NCBI RefSeq assembly: GCF_963921235.1
Contig: NC_086097.1
Location: forward strand, 218,242,001 to 218,306,000
DNA length: 64,000 bases
Source: Mobula hypostoma
Lineage: Eukaryota
Direction of reading: 5' to 3'
A model generated the notes under the pieces. That model did no database searches, was not told the origin of the DNA, and was given only the letters and a program-made list of their open reading frames with translations. A program made the translations under genes and the position numbers. Positions 22,790 through 35,909 of this stretch are shown piece after piece (position 1 is the stretch's first letter; every line of letters starts with the position of its first letter).

Positions 22790-25555
22790 TGCTTTATTCT
22801 GGCTACTGTTGTGCTCTATCTTCATTGTGCAAGACAGTAGCAGTGTCACAGGTGTTGAAGGGTGCGAGGGAAAAGAGGTGAGTGCAATTACTATTACAAG
22901 GGAGAAGATACTCAGAAAGGTGAAAGACCTAAAGGTGCATAAGTCACCCAGACCGAATGAACTGCACCTTAAGGTTCTAAAAGAGTTAGCAGTAGAGATT
23001 GGGGAGGCATTAGTAATGATCTTTCAAAAGTCATTGGACTCTGGTATTGTGCCAGAAGACTGGAAAATTGCAAATGTCACTCCACTCTTTAAAAAGGAAA
23101 TTATAGATCAATTAGCCTGACCTCAATGGTTGAGAAAATGTTGCAGTCAATTGTTAAGGATGAGAATATGAAGTACCTGGTGACACATGATGAGATAGGT
23201 CAAAGTCAGCATGGTTTCCTTTCAGGGAAGATATTGGCTGAACCTGTTGGAATTCTTTGAGGAAATTACAAATGGGATAGATAAAGGGGATGCAATGGAT
23301 ATTGTATATTTGAACTTTCAGAAGGCTGTTGACAAGGTGCCACACGAGGGTCTTACCAAGTTAAGAGCCCATGATTATTTAGGCATGGGATGCAAGGAGA
23401 CATTGCTTTGTGGTTCCAGAACTGGCTGGCCCACAGAAGGCAAAGAGTGGTTGTAGACAGGTCATATTCTGCATGGAGGTCAGTGACCAGTAGTGTGCCT
23501 CAAGGATCTGATCCGGGACCAACTCTTTGTGGTTTTTATAAATGTCCTGGATGAGGAAGTGGAGGGATGGGTTAGTAAGTTCACTGATGACACAAAGGTT
23601 GGGGGATTTGTTGACAGTGTAGAGGGCTGTCAGAGGTTACAGCAGGACATTGATAGGATGCAAAACTGGGCTGAGAAGTGGCAGTTGGAGTTCAACCCAG
23701 ATAAGTGTGAGGTGGTTCATTTTGGTAAGTCAAATATGATGGCAGAATATAGTACTAATGGTAAGACTCTTGGCAGTGTGGAGGATCAGAGGGATCTTGG
23801 GGTTCAAGTCCACAGGACACTCAAAGTTGGTGCGCAGGTTGACTCTGTGGTTAAGAAGGAATACCGTGCATTGGCCTTCATCAATCGTGGGACTGAGTTC
23901 AGGAGCCGAGAGGTAATGTTGCAGCTATATAGGACCCTGGTCAGACCCCACTTGGAGTACTGTGCTCAGTTCTGGTCACCTCACTACAGGAAGGATGTGG
24001 AAACCATAGAAAGGGTGCAGAGGAGATTTACAAGGATGTTGCCTGGATTGGGGAGCATGCCTAATGAGAATACGTTGAGTGAACTCGGCCTTTTCTCCTT
24101 GGATCGATGGAGGATGAGAGGTGACCTGATAGAGGTGTACAAGATGATGAAAGGCATTGTGTAGATCGTCAGAGGTTTTTCCCAGGACTGAAATGGTTAG
24201 CACAAGAGGGCACAGCTTTCAAGTGCTTGGAAGTAGGTACAGAGGAGATTCAGGGGTAAGTTGTTTTTTTTTATTTTTTATTTTTTTATATATACGCAGA
24301 GAGTGGTGAGTACGTGGAATGGGCTGCCGGCAACGGTGGTGGAGGTGGATACGATAGGGTCTTTTAAGAGACTCCTGGACAGGTACATGGAGCTTAGAAA
24401 AATTGGGGGCTATGGGTAACCCTAGGTAATTTCTAAGGTAAGGACATGTTCAGCACAGCTTTGTGGGCTGAAGGGCCTGTATTGTGCTGTAGGTTTTCTA
24501 TGTTTCTATGTATTACAGGAAAGTTACTAGCATGGTTTGAGCACCGGCTGATTGGTAGCAGGTAGCAAGTGGGAATAAAAGGATCCTATTCTGGTTAGTG
24601 GCCAGTGACTAGTGGTGTTCCACCAGGGGTCGGTGTTGGGACCCCCCCCCCCTTCCCCTCTTTTTATGCTGTATATCAATTATCTAGATTTGTTGCCACG
24701 TTTGCAGATGATACAAAGATTGGTGGAGGAGCAGTTAGTGTTGAGGAAACAAGTAGGCTGCAGAAGGACTTAGAAAGATTAGAAGAATGGGCAAGAAAGT
24801 GGCAAATGATATACAATGTTGGAAAATGCATGCTCATGCATTTTAGTAGAAGAAAGAAATGTGCAGACTATTTTCTAAATGGGGAGAAGATGGGGAGATG
24901 CAAAGGGACTTGGGAGTCCTTGTGCAGAACACCCTAAAGGTTAACTTGCAAGTTGAATGAGTGGTGAGGAAGGCAAATGCAATGTTACCGTTCATTTCAA
25001 GAGGCCTAGAATATAAGAGAAGGGATGTTATAAGGCACGGGTGAGGCCTCACCTTGAGTATTGTGAACAGTTTTGGGCTCCTTATCTAAGAAAAGATGCA
25101 GGTTCAGAGGAGGTTCTAGGATGATTCTGGAAATGAAAGGGTTATCATTTGATGGCTCCGGGCCTGTACTCTCTGGAACTCGGAAGGATAAGGGGGGATC
25201 TCATTGAAACCTTTTGAATGCTGAATGGTCTAGACAGAGTAGATGTGGAAAGGATGTTTGCCATGGTGGGGAAGTCTCGGAAAAGAGTGCACAGCCTCAG
25301 GATAGAGGGGCTCCCATTTAAAACAGAGAGGAAGAGAAATTTCTTTAGCCAGAGGGTGGTAATTTTGTGGAATTTATTACCACAGGCAGTTGTGGAGGTC
25401 ACGTTGTTGGGTGTATTTAAGGCAGAGATTAATTGGCCACGGCATCAAAGGTCACGGGGAGAAGGCTGAGAAGGGGAAAAAAGGATCAGCCATGATTGAA
25501 TGGTGTTGCAGATTCAATGGGCCAAATGGCCTAATTCTGATCCCGTGTCTTATAG
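22790..25555 (+). mobile_element. CR1 LINE (RT to 3' end), host of a nested CR1
   Basis: KSPRPNELH, PEDWKIANVTPLFKK, VYLNFQKAVDKVPH, TSGVP, FADDTKIGG and the CR1 3' UTR. Confidence 0.9.
23381..24510 (+). mobile_element. Nested younger CR1 (different subfamily), RT C-terminal half to 3' tail
   Basis: ORF 23493-24164 (SKFTDDTK, LYRTLVRPHLEYCAQFWSP); tail ttctatgtttctatg; the host sequence resumes at 24511. Confidence 0.85.
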
Positions 25556-26832
25556 TCTCCGAGTGCTGCACTTATTCAGATCACACTTCTTGGACAACAG
25601 AGTAGCTCTGGAGAGTCAGATGGCAAGTCATTTACCACAGAAAGTCCAGCCTCTTAGCTGCTCTTGTTGCCAGTTTTTATATGAATGCATCAAATGAGTT
25701 TCTGGGCAATGGTGATATGTAGGATATTCAAAATAGAACTGAATGGGAAATTATGTAGTTACTCTCTTTTGCTCAAACGTCAATGTTTGTGGAATGTGAC
25801 AGAAGAGATGTAGTTTTACAAATGCTCGATGACATGGGATCTTCAACTCAATTTAAAATCAATAAAAGTCACTACTAAAGCAAATCACTGTGTATAGAAT
25901 TTTCTTGAGAACAACCATCAAATCTTCTGGGATCAAGTAGAGCTCTCAATCCATTAATGGTTAGATGTTTTGTGTTTCAATACAAAAAATCTGATGGGGA
26001 ACAAAATGGTCATGTCAGACCTTCAGTGCAGATACAGCATCCACACAATAAACAACATCATACATATTCATTATAGAAAAATTTATGTACAATATACTGT
26101 AATTAAGCTCTTTAAATGGCAACTCAAGCAGATCAAGAAATGAAATCTATTGGAAGACACTGTTAAGATACCAGTTTTCTTCAGAAAGCTCTTAATGGTG
26201 AGTGAAGAGATACATTCTGCACTATGAATTTTGTAAAGAATCAAATACAAATTTATAACAACTGAATGATTTGTTTCTAACAGTACAGCATTGGGCAATA
26301 AACCTATCAATAATCGGAATTGGTTGAGAGGGCACAGGATGTCCTATATTAAGCAAGATTTTCTTTTCTCCAAAACAGATGTTAAAATAAATTTACTTGG
26401 TGGGAGGGAACCAGGGGTAAAAAAAAACTCATGAAATGAATAAGCAACACACACAAATGCTGGAAGAACTCAGCAGGCCAAGCAGGGAACTTGTATGTAG
26501 AAGATATCCAATTGCCTCCAAGTTCTGCATTAGTGATTCAAGCATCATTATCAATGGTAAATATAAAGAATCTCTGACACAAAAATAAATGGATTCCACT
26601 GCCAACTAAAAGTGAACACCAACTGCAGAAGATTAGCAATATAATGTCAGACGACTTGAGCTTTCAATTCTGCTTAGGATCAATAAAATCAATATGGAGG
26701 TATTATGATCTTGTAATATTTGGAACTATTAAAAATAAACAATAATTTTAAAAAGGTACAAACTACAAGTGGTGACATCCAGAAAGTTTCCAAATGAAGA
26801 GTGAGAATCTCATTTCCCCTGCTTGCGTGGAT

Positions 26833-27615
26833 TATAGTCATAGTCATACTTTATTGATCCCGGGGGAAATTGGTTTTCGTTACAGTTGCACCACAAATAA
26901 TTAAATAGTAGTAAAACCATAATTAAATAGTAATATGTAAATTATGCCAGGAAATAAGTCCAGGACCAGCCTATTGGCTCAGGGTGTCTGACCCTCTAAG
27001 GGAGGAGTTGTAAAGTTTGATGGCCACAGGCAGGAATGACTTCCTATGACGCTCTGTATGCATCTCGGTGGAATGAGTCTCTGGCTGAATGTACTCCTGT
27101 GCCCAACCAGTACATTATGTAGTGGATGGGACACATTGTCCAAGATGGCATGCAACTTAGACAGCATCCTCTTTCAGACACCACCATCAGAGAACCCAGT
27201 TCCATCCCCACAACATCACCGGCCTTACGAATGAGTTTGTTGATTCTATTGGTGTCTGCTACCCTCAGCCTGCTGCTCCAGCACACAACAGCAAATATGA
27301 TCGCACTGGCCACCACAGACTCGTAGAACATCCTCAGCATTGTCCGGCAGACGTTAAAGGACCTCAGTCTCCTCAGGAAATAGAGATGGCTCTGACCCTT
27401 CTTGTAGACAGCCTCAGTGTTCTTTGACCAGTCCAGTTTATTGTCAATTCGTATCCCCAGGTATTTGTAATCCCCCACCATGTCCACACTGACCCCTGGA
27501 TGGAAACAGGGGTCACCGGTACCTTAGCTCTCCTCATGTCTACCACCAGCTCCTTAGTCTTTTTCACATTAAGCTGCAGATAATTCTGCTCACACCATGT
27601 GACAAACTTTCCTAC
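26833..27615 (-). mobile_element. Rex1/Babar-type LINE 3' fragment
   Basis: KTKELVVDMRR, YKYLGIRIDNKLDW, LYFLRRLRSF; tandem tail (atagtc)n. Confidence 0.85.
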
Positions 27616-27954
27616 CGGTTTGAAATCTAATATATAAAATTCAAATCTAATATATTAAAAGGGAAAAAACTGAGAATATGATACATAGCAGATTATCTGA
27701 TTAAAATAACCATGAAAGGATCTGAATTTCACACTTCCCACTTGGCCAATTACAAAATGCCAAAGAGCCAAAGGACTTGCAAAGGATAAATTGCATCAAA
27801 GATTTTTGTAGTGTTAATATTCATCATGTACACATAATAAAATAAGCTGTAAGCAGGTAAAATTGGAGACAGCTTACAGACATTAGGTACAATAGAGAAA
27901 GGTTTTCATGTTCCTCTATTCCACACCTTCCCCCAATCCATAAACACAATAAAA

Positions 27955-28510
27955 CAAAGGGATGCAATATTGAGGATTTATAAGTCATTGGTCAGACTGC
28001 ATTTAGAGACTTTGAGCATTTTGGGCCTCTTATCTCACAGAGGATGTGCTGGGACTGGAGAGGATCCAGGAGGAAGTTCACAAGAAAGATCCCAAAAAAT
28101 GTATGAGGAGCATTTAATGGCTCTGAGTCTGTTCTCACTCGAGGTTAGAAGAATTGGGGGGGGGGGGTCAGAATTTCATTGATCGAATGTTTAAAGACCT
28201 AGAGATGACATTTCCTATAGTGGGAGAGCCTAGGACCAGAGGGCACAGCCTCAGAATACAAGTATATCCTTTTACAATAGAGATGAGGAGGAATGTCTTC
28301 AGTCACCGGGTGTTGAATCGGTGAGATTCATTGCCACATTACGTTAAGTATACTTAAAGCAGAGGTTGATAGGTTCTTGATCAGTAAGGCTGCCCAAACA
28401 TTACGGAAAGAAGATCGGAGAGTAGGGCTGAGTGTGATATAAATCAGCCATAATGGAATGGCAGAGCAGACTCAGTGGACAAATGGCCTAATTCTGCTCC
28501 TATGTCTTAT
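27955..28510 (+). mobile_element. CR1 LINE 3' fragment
   Basis: RIYKSLVRLHLE, YEEHLMALSLFSLE and a 3' UTR ending ctcctatgtcttatg. Confidence 0.8.
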
Positions 28511-28830
28511 GCCCACCTCAACTTTGAAAAAGATAGAACCACAGAATATCAGTCACTTTATTGGTACAGGTTAACCTATCCCTGGTCCGTTTTTTCATAT
28601 CCAAAATTCCATGGTACTGTTAATGAATAGCAGTTCAAAATGCCTGAATAGATTCAGAACCATTTCTAGTAGCAATTCAGGAAATAATTTAAAAACCAGG
28701 TTAAGTACGCTTCATTCTCAGGCACTGTGCAAATATACTCAGAGCAAACTAATTCATAGTCTTTTTAAAAAAATCCCTTAAGATGACTAATTCACAATGG
28801 TTACTGACAGCTTGTATTTATTTTACTCAC

Positions 28831-28856
28831 CTGTAACCATCAGATTCTGTGAAGTG
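28831..28856 (-). CDS. Candidate 26-nt micro-exon (HFTESDGYS)
   Basis: Branch-like actaat about 25 nt upstream, acceptor gacctaccccag, donor CAG|gtgagt. Confidence 0.45.
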
Positions 28857-29134
28857 CTGGGGTAGGTCAACAATAATAACATTAGTTGCATTTATTTAAA
28901 CTATCTCAAGACAACAGAAGGCGTTTCCAAATGGTGTTCATTGCAAATAACAATTGTATTCTGACTAAAAGTTTGGTATTCTACATAAATTAGAAGTGGA
29001 ATACTACTTAAAATAAGAATACTATTTAAAATAAAATGGCCTTTGGGTTCACCTGGTAAAGGAAACCATTGAAATAAAACTAGAGGCAAGGTATTTTAAA
29101 AAAGATGAAGTTCTCACTCTAAGTAAGAAGTGTA

Positions 29135-29365
29135 ATTCAATTGCAAACAAGGTGGGACAGCAATCAGATGAGGACTAATCAATCAGGAAGAACAAACTAT
29201 GAGGTATAAATACCAGTGGACTAGAGATGCCCAGGCATCATCCTTGATGAAGATGGCAGAGTTTGTCAATGAAATGTCAGGTTATAATCGATACCTGTAC
29301 CCGGTTGGAAGCCCAAGAAGAGTTTATTCATCATATATGGTGGGAAAGCACTAGATCCTTTTTTT
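29135..29365 (+). mobile_element. Solo Penelope-type terminal repeat with TATA box and hammerhead-like motif (second family)
   Basis: ggtataaatacc at about 29203; ttgatga (29244), stem II agatggcagagtttgtcaat, gaaa (29271), tgtc. Confidence 0.55.
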
Positions 29366-29468
29366 TACATCATTAGCATTACCTATATGCATAGTATAAA
29401 CACTTTGGAGTTAACAGATAAAACAGATAAGGTTGTCAGTGCTGAGTAAATGAAAAACTGCCCAAATA

Positions 29469-30222
29469 CAACGAATTCCTGTTAACTGGGCCATCCGTTA
29501 ATCGGGGCAGCCACTTATATGGGATAACTTTTAAAGAACAAGAACTGATCAAGAAAATTGCTGGGATTCCCTTTGTTTATTTGGGACACTTTGCTACTTA
29601 ATTGGGGCAGGAGACTGTTGCTGAACAGGTTCTAACTGGCATCATCATGCACACTTATATGGCCATTAGTCGCTACACTGTGCTTAAAGCATGCTGTTGT
29701 GTGTGTTTGTGTCACTGATAGCTGGTGAGAAATAAGGAACAAGATGATTCAGAACTGTTTCGTTCACTGTGGTTTCAAGCATTCAGGCTTGGAGACGTCA
29801 GAAATAGCCAGGAATGAAAATGAAGTGATTTCACTACTTCAGCAAAGAACTACAAAGAATTAAGGTATTGATGATTATCTTGACTGTTACAATAAAAATG
29901 AAGATGGAGGATGGATTAGTCATCAATAGCATTGACAACTATATCCTCCACATCTTTTCTATTCTAAAGACATTCCATTATCTGCACCTTGCATCTGCGC
30001 TAATTTTGTTCATTTACAGCCAAAAGAATGCAATGCAGATGATTTCTTCTGTTGTTATTAGGAACTAAAACACAGTTTTATAGTACTTTAGTACTATTGG
30101 AAGCGTTCTAATTTGTTCTGTATTTCTGTTAAATACATAATTTGTATTTATATCCTTGGCAGTTGCTTAATTGAGCCAAAACTTGCTGGTCCTAATGTGT
30201 CTTAATTAAGCAGAATCCACTG
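29469..30222. mobile_element. Tigger/pogo-like MITE (about 750 bp)
   Basis: TA-flanked; degenerate TIRs of type CAGTGGATTC.G.TTAATT; second copy at 61123-61892. Confidence 0.75.
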
Positions 30223-30286
30223 TAGCTGTATATAGACTCACTAGATTCTGTATCAGTGAAGAAATAAATAAGTAATCCTAACTTAC

Positions 30287-30339
30287 CTCTGAACTTGCAT
30301 CTCCAATTAAGATATTAAAGCAAAACTGACGTAACAAGT
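30287..30339 (-). CDS. Candidate 53-nt exon (LLRQFCFNILIGDASSE)
   Basis: Acceptor ttctatgttttcaaag, donor GAG|gtaagt; only one frame is open and it is the phase-compatible one. Confidence 0.42.
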
Positions 30340-30629
30340 CTTTGAAAACATAGAATTTGGTTTAGTAAGTATTCTTGAATTTGTTAAGTGTAATGACTTA
30401 GAGCAAAGGAACATTTAGAATTTGTTCTCTACTAAACAAGCTGCTCATAATTTCAAAAGGTATGCTACCTTGTAAATATAACTGGGGTCAACTGATTTGG
30501 AGATCATCACTAGTAGATGTATGTATGCATTGCCAAATGGAGCTGCCAGTCTTCAAAACCAATTTTAAAAAAACACTGCTTATAAACTTTACTCTGAAAA
30601 TTGCACTGTAGCATTGGAAATTAACTAAC

Positions 30630-30674
30630 CTTTATTGCCATATTGACCTTCAAATTTCACTGGCAATTCTGGCT
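30630..30674 (-). CDS. Candidate 45-nt exon (EPELPVKFEGQYGNK)
   Basis: Donor AAG|gttagt; weak acceptor; its single open frame matches the phase of the next exon. Confidence 0.3.
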
Positions 30675-31249
30675 CTTTTTATGCACACAAACCAAAGTTA
30701 TGGCAACCCAATTGCACAGTCAACAGTAGGTGGTGGTATCTTTCACATGTCATTCTGTGTGTAATACAGTTAAATCAAAATTACTCTCTTCAATTAGTGC
30801 TGCTGTTAATCCCTCATGAAACCAAGCACAGGTGAGCACCAAAAGACAAACTTTCATTCAAAAAGATTATTATTTTAGTAAATAATGTTCCAGAATCACA
30901 GAATACCAACAACAATAAAATGAATTAGCTATCAGAAAATTAGCTATTAAAAGAATATGGTTGTCACTGAAATTAATCAGTACAGTAATTACATATAAAG
31001 AGTGTTTTCCCACTGATGCAAAAGTTAAAAAAAAGGACTACTCCATGAGCAAACCAGAATCAAGTTAACAAATGCTATTAAAAAGGTCATGATTACAGTA
31101 TTTGTTCAATAAAATGTAGCAAAGTGAATTTACTGATTTCCAAATCTACAATTTTGTTTCCTGTTATATTCTTGTCCATGGCTGATTAGCAGTCAGCTAG
31201 TTAATAGAAATGTTCATAATTAAGAGATTTCATGGGTGATTCAGACTTT

Positions 31250-31382
31250 TCTCCAGTCCTGCTAAAGGGTCTTGGCCTGAAACGTCGACTGTACTCTTTT
31301 CCATAGATGCTGCCTGGCCTACTGAGTTCCTCCAGCATTTTGTGTGTTGCTTGGATTTCCAGCATCTGCAGATTTTATCTTG
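31250..31382 (+). mobile_element. Penelope-derived short unit with hammerhead-like motif
   Basis: CAGTC-ctgctaa-agggtcttggcct-GAAA-CGTC-GACTG followed by the family tail gatgctgcctggcct...ttccagcatctgcagatttt. Confidence 0.75.
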
Positions 31383-32179
31383 TGTATGACTGGATTCTTA
31401 CCTACAAGATACTTTTCACTATTTAACACTTAAAAGGGAGTCTAGCATTATTATGACCTTGATCGTCCAACTCTCACTGCTTGAGCTGTTAACGTTTCAC
31501 TTGCCCTCTGAGCTCAGTTATCCTCCTCACTAATAAATTTTGCATGTTATTATGCCATCAGCAGGCACTGGAGATGATGTGACAAGTCTTTTAGCTCCCT
31601 GATGGCCTTGGTCTTAAGACAATACAGACATCACACTCACTCCTCATAGCCTCCTCCTACACTGTGGTTGACAGAACTGAATATACAATTCTAATCTCCA
31701 TTCTTTACATCCTTTCAAATAAAGAAAAATGTTTTTGAGCGTGGATAAGGTTTCAAGGCCAGCAGAAATATGCTATCTTGAGAGCAGTTTTGAAGCAGAG
31801 ATTCCCTTCGCCCAACAGATGCTGCTCGACTCAGAGTTCCTTCAGCAGTGTGTCTGAACCTCCAGGTTCCAACATCAGCCATTTCATAACTAACAGAAAT
31901 ACAAAGTGACCTTCAGACAAGATTTCCCATTGAGAAGAATGGAGCACTCTTTCTTGCACAATTCTTGTTCTTGTACAATTATGCCTCCACTATGTTCCAG
32001 CAGAATCACACTCCAACACTTCCTCATGCAAATCATACTCCATTAATATAACACCAATTGCCAGCAGTTTATAGTTGGACCCAGCAGTCAAACAGCATCA
32101 GCAGTCATTCAGCAATGATGTATCCCCAGTAGCAACCGTGGAATGATACCTCAACAAACTGGACCAAGGCGAATTTGTC

Positions 32180-33250
32180 AATTTGATCACCTTCACTGCC
32201 AACGTCTACCTTGCCCTCTCTTCAAACTACACCTGTTCTTGATCTCTGTCACATCCCAGGAGGCAAACTATCCAATGACATTCACTGCAAACCCACTGGC
32301 CACCTGGACTACAACTCTCCCCACCCTGTCTCATATAATGACTCTATTTTCTTTTCTCAGATTTTTCTTTCCACCATGTCTGTTCTTAAGATGAGGCCCT
32401 TCACTCAAGGGCACTTGAAATATCCTAGGGTGAAAGGCCCACCTCCCTCAAGAATAGGGATAGAGTTCCCTTGGTTCTTACCATTCACCCCACTAGCTTA
32501 CATGCCCAGAGCATCATTCTTCAACATTTCCACCTCCCCATCCCTTTGTTTACTGCAGGTATAGCTCTCTTCAGTTCCTTGGTTCCTCAAACATCCTTTC
32601 ACCTCCACAAGCACTTTCGCCTATAAAAGAGCAAATATAACACCTGTCCCTACACAGCCTCTCTCACTACTATCCATGACCCTAAATGAAGCAGAGATTC
32701 ACATGCATCTCCTCCAAATATGATTACTGTAGCCAGACTAGGTGAACACTTTGCTGAGCACTTGCGCTCCATCTGCCATAGCCATTTGGAGCTCCAGATC
32801 TGAAATAATTTTAATTCCCCTCCTCATTAACACATTGACCTGTCTCTCCTTGGCCTCCTCTACTGCAAGGGTGAGGTCAGACACTAACAAGAACAACAGC
32901 ACCTCCACCTGGGAGGTCTACAACACACCTGTATGAACACTAAATTCTCCAATTTCAGGTAAACTGTCCCCTTCTGCCCCTTTTTCCTCTTCTCTTCTAC
33001 CCAGTTGCTCCTACATAAACCTAATTCCCCACTCAAAGGTCACTGTTTCTTCTTCCACCTCTACCAACTTGTCCCATGGTGCACTGACCCCAAATGCACA
33101 CCCTGCCTCCATCATCTGCCTATCATCCCTTCTCACCTGGAACTACCTATTGCTTACCTTCTCTTTTTCTACCCTTTCGCCTCTGTTCTATGTCAGGCAT
33201 CTCCCCGCTCCTCCAGATGAAGGGTCTTAACTGATAGTGCAGTTTCCCCA
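32180..33250 (+). mobile_element. Penelope-like element, heavily decayed (RT C-terminus, GIY-YIG remnant, pyrimidine-rich tail)
   Basis: DIHCKPT..LDY.S.HP; homologous to the minus-strand PLEs at 52030-54085 and 54660-55470; gatgaagggtct at about 33217. Confidence 0.6.
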
Positions 33251-33639
33251 GCAGTTCACTTTATGAGTGGGAGAAAGGCTAAGGGAAGGGAAAAGAATTT
33301 CAGAAGCATCCTTTAGTATATTCTTCCTTGGTCATAGACTACAAATGTTATTATACTTTATGCAAAACTGCAGCAAGATCTTCCTTTGTAAAGACATGTT
33401 GACTCTGTCTGGATCACTAATAGGGCATGGACCACTTACAACAAAGGACCAAAAATTTCACTGGGAGCTCAATAACTTAGCAAGGGACAAAGAATATTGC
33501 ACATCTCATGAAAACCAGAAGGATGAAGGTTAAATGGAGGTCATGCCCTCTCTGAGCTGCTGACCTTCTAGCCACAATATGCTAATAAATGCAATTACTG
33601 CAGATTAAAACCAATCATAAGGGATAAAGTATTTGAGAA

Positions 33640-35860
33640 ACACAAGGCTAAATGTGGACAAATTGCCACAACCTGATGGCCTGAAGCCAATGGTTTTAAA
33701 GGAAGTGGCAATGAAGCCATTGTTTGATTTTGTTTTTTACTAAATTCACTAAATTCCAAGAGGGTATCAGAAAAATAGAAATCAGCCCTATTCAGAAAGA
33801 GATGTTAAAAGATGGAACCATTGGCCATAATGCTAGAGTGAACAGTCAACAAGAAAATAACTAACCATGTAGGAGAGCTTAATATAGTCAATATGGTTTT
33901 TATGGCAAGGTAAATCGTGTTTAATGAATAAGTAAATAAGTAAATCATGTCTGCTACCGTGCCGGAGCACTTGGAGACATGGCCCATTCCAACCAGCACC
34001 TCAGCAGACGACCACACAGAAGTGACGGCGGAGACCTCAAAGTGCCCCAGACGCTTCTTCGGAGAGACCACCGTAAAGCCCCATTGGTGGCCATCCACAG
34101 CCATCCATTACTTCCTGAGAAAACTAAAGAAATTTGGCCTATCCCCTAAAACCCTCACTAATTTTTATAGATGCACCGTAGAAAGCATTCTTCTAGGGTG
34201 CATCACAACCTGGTATGGAAGTTGTCCTGTCCAAGACAGAAAGAAGCTGCAGAAGATCCTGAACACGGCGCAGCACATCACACGAACCAATCTTCCGTCC
34301 TTGGACTCACTTTACACTGCATGTTGTCGGAGCAGTGCTGCCAGGATAATCAAGGACACGACCCACCCAGCCAACACACATTTCATCCCTCTTCCCTCCG
34401 GGAGAAGGCTCAGGAGCTTGAAGACTTGTACAGCCAGATTTGGGAACAGCTTCTTTCCAACTGTAGTAAGACTGCTGAACGGATCCTGACCCGGATCTGG
34501 GCCGTACCCTCCAAATATCTGGACCTGCCTCTCCATTTTTTTGCACTACCTTACTATCCATTTTTCTATTTTCTATTTATGATTTATAATTTAATTTTTT
34601 AATATTTAATAATTTTTACTATTTTTAATGTTTAATATTTGTAATCCAGGGAGTGGGAAGCGCAGAATCAAATATCGCTGTGATGACTGTACGTTCTAGT
34701 ATCAATTGTTTGGCGACAATAAAGTATAAAGTATAATAAATTGACTCAACTCTGAGGATGTGCTAGGAGAGAGTTGATAGGGTAGCACCTGCAGATGTTG
34801 TGCATTTAGGTTTTCTGAAGTTATTCGATAACCTACTGCATAAGAAGCTGGTGCATAAATTAAGAGCCCAAGGTATGAGAGAAAGTGTGGTAGCATGGTT
34901 TGAAAACTGGCTGTTACAAAGAAATCAGAAAGTTGAAATAAATGGTACTTTTTGAGGTTGGAAGGGTATAACTTATAGATCAGTACTTGGACTGCAATTG
35001 ATTAGTGTATACATTAATGACCTACAGGAGGGAACGAAATGTCAGGCTTCCAAGTTTGTCGACAACACAAAAATAGGTGGAAGGGCATTTTGTGCTGAAG
35101 ACATTGTGATTCTCCATGATATAAAGTGATTATCAAATTCAGTTTAATATGAGGGAAGTGCGACATTAAGTACTTCAGTAACAAAAATAAAAGTGCAGTT
35201 ATTTAAAGGAAAAAGACTGCAAACAAGTTTGGAGGGATCTAGTCTTCTCCACACAAATTACAAAACTTCTGCAGGTGGGTCCTTTTTCACAAGGAAAATG
35301 GCACATTGGTCTTTACTGTGTTGGGGTTTAAAATTAGGAAGGTTTTTTTTTACAGCTATATAGGTTGCTGATGACTTTACATCTGAAATACTGTGCACCC
35401 CATCTAAGATACGACGCAGTAGCATTAGCAGGCTGTCTGAAAGAGATAGATCATGGTAATTCTTGAGATGAGAAGCTTATTCAATCAAAAGAAGGCTTTA
35501 CAGTTTTTGTCTCTGTACCCTGTAGTTTAGAAGATTGAGGGGGGGAACTTCTTCAAATATAATAGATCTATAGAGATTTGATAAGGTAGATGTGGAAATG
35601 CTTTCAGAACTGGAAGAGTCATGGACAAGGAAGCATTCATTTAAAACTGAAATTTCTTCTCCCACAAGACAGTGAATCTGTGGAATTCTTTGCCCCCAAG
35701 AGCAGTAAAGGCCACACCATTAGATATATTTAAAGTGACGACAGATAAATATTTGCAAGATCAAGGGATATGGGCAACTGTCACAGAACATTTCAGGGCA
35801 GCATAAAACAGGCATGGTCATATTGAATGATAGGCAGACTTGGGGGTCCATGTGGTCTTG
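33640..35860 (+). mobile_element. Old CR1 LINE (RT to 3' end), interrupted at about 33930-34736
   Basis: Degenerate P.PDGL..VLKEVA, GKSCL and KFVDNTKIGG motifs plus the CR1 3' region. Confidence 0.65.
34108..34736 (+). mobile_element. Young Rex1/Babar-type LINE 3' end
   Basis: Intact frame YFLRKLKKFGLSPKTLTNFYRCTVESIL...LPSGRRLRSL...SFFPTVVRLLN; tail (aaagtat)n. Confidence 0.9.
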
Positions 35861-35909
35861 TCTCAAGAGCTGAATATTGACTACATGAGAAAAAATTCGG
35901 AGGTCCATG

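Noticed and set aside
22764..23120. ORF with a signal-peptide-like start (ALFWLLLCSIFIV)
   Set aside because: Decayed CR1 ORF2 (equivalent to LN.YFASVFT), not a secreted protein.
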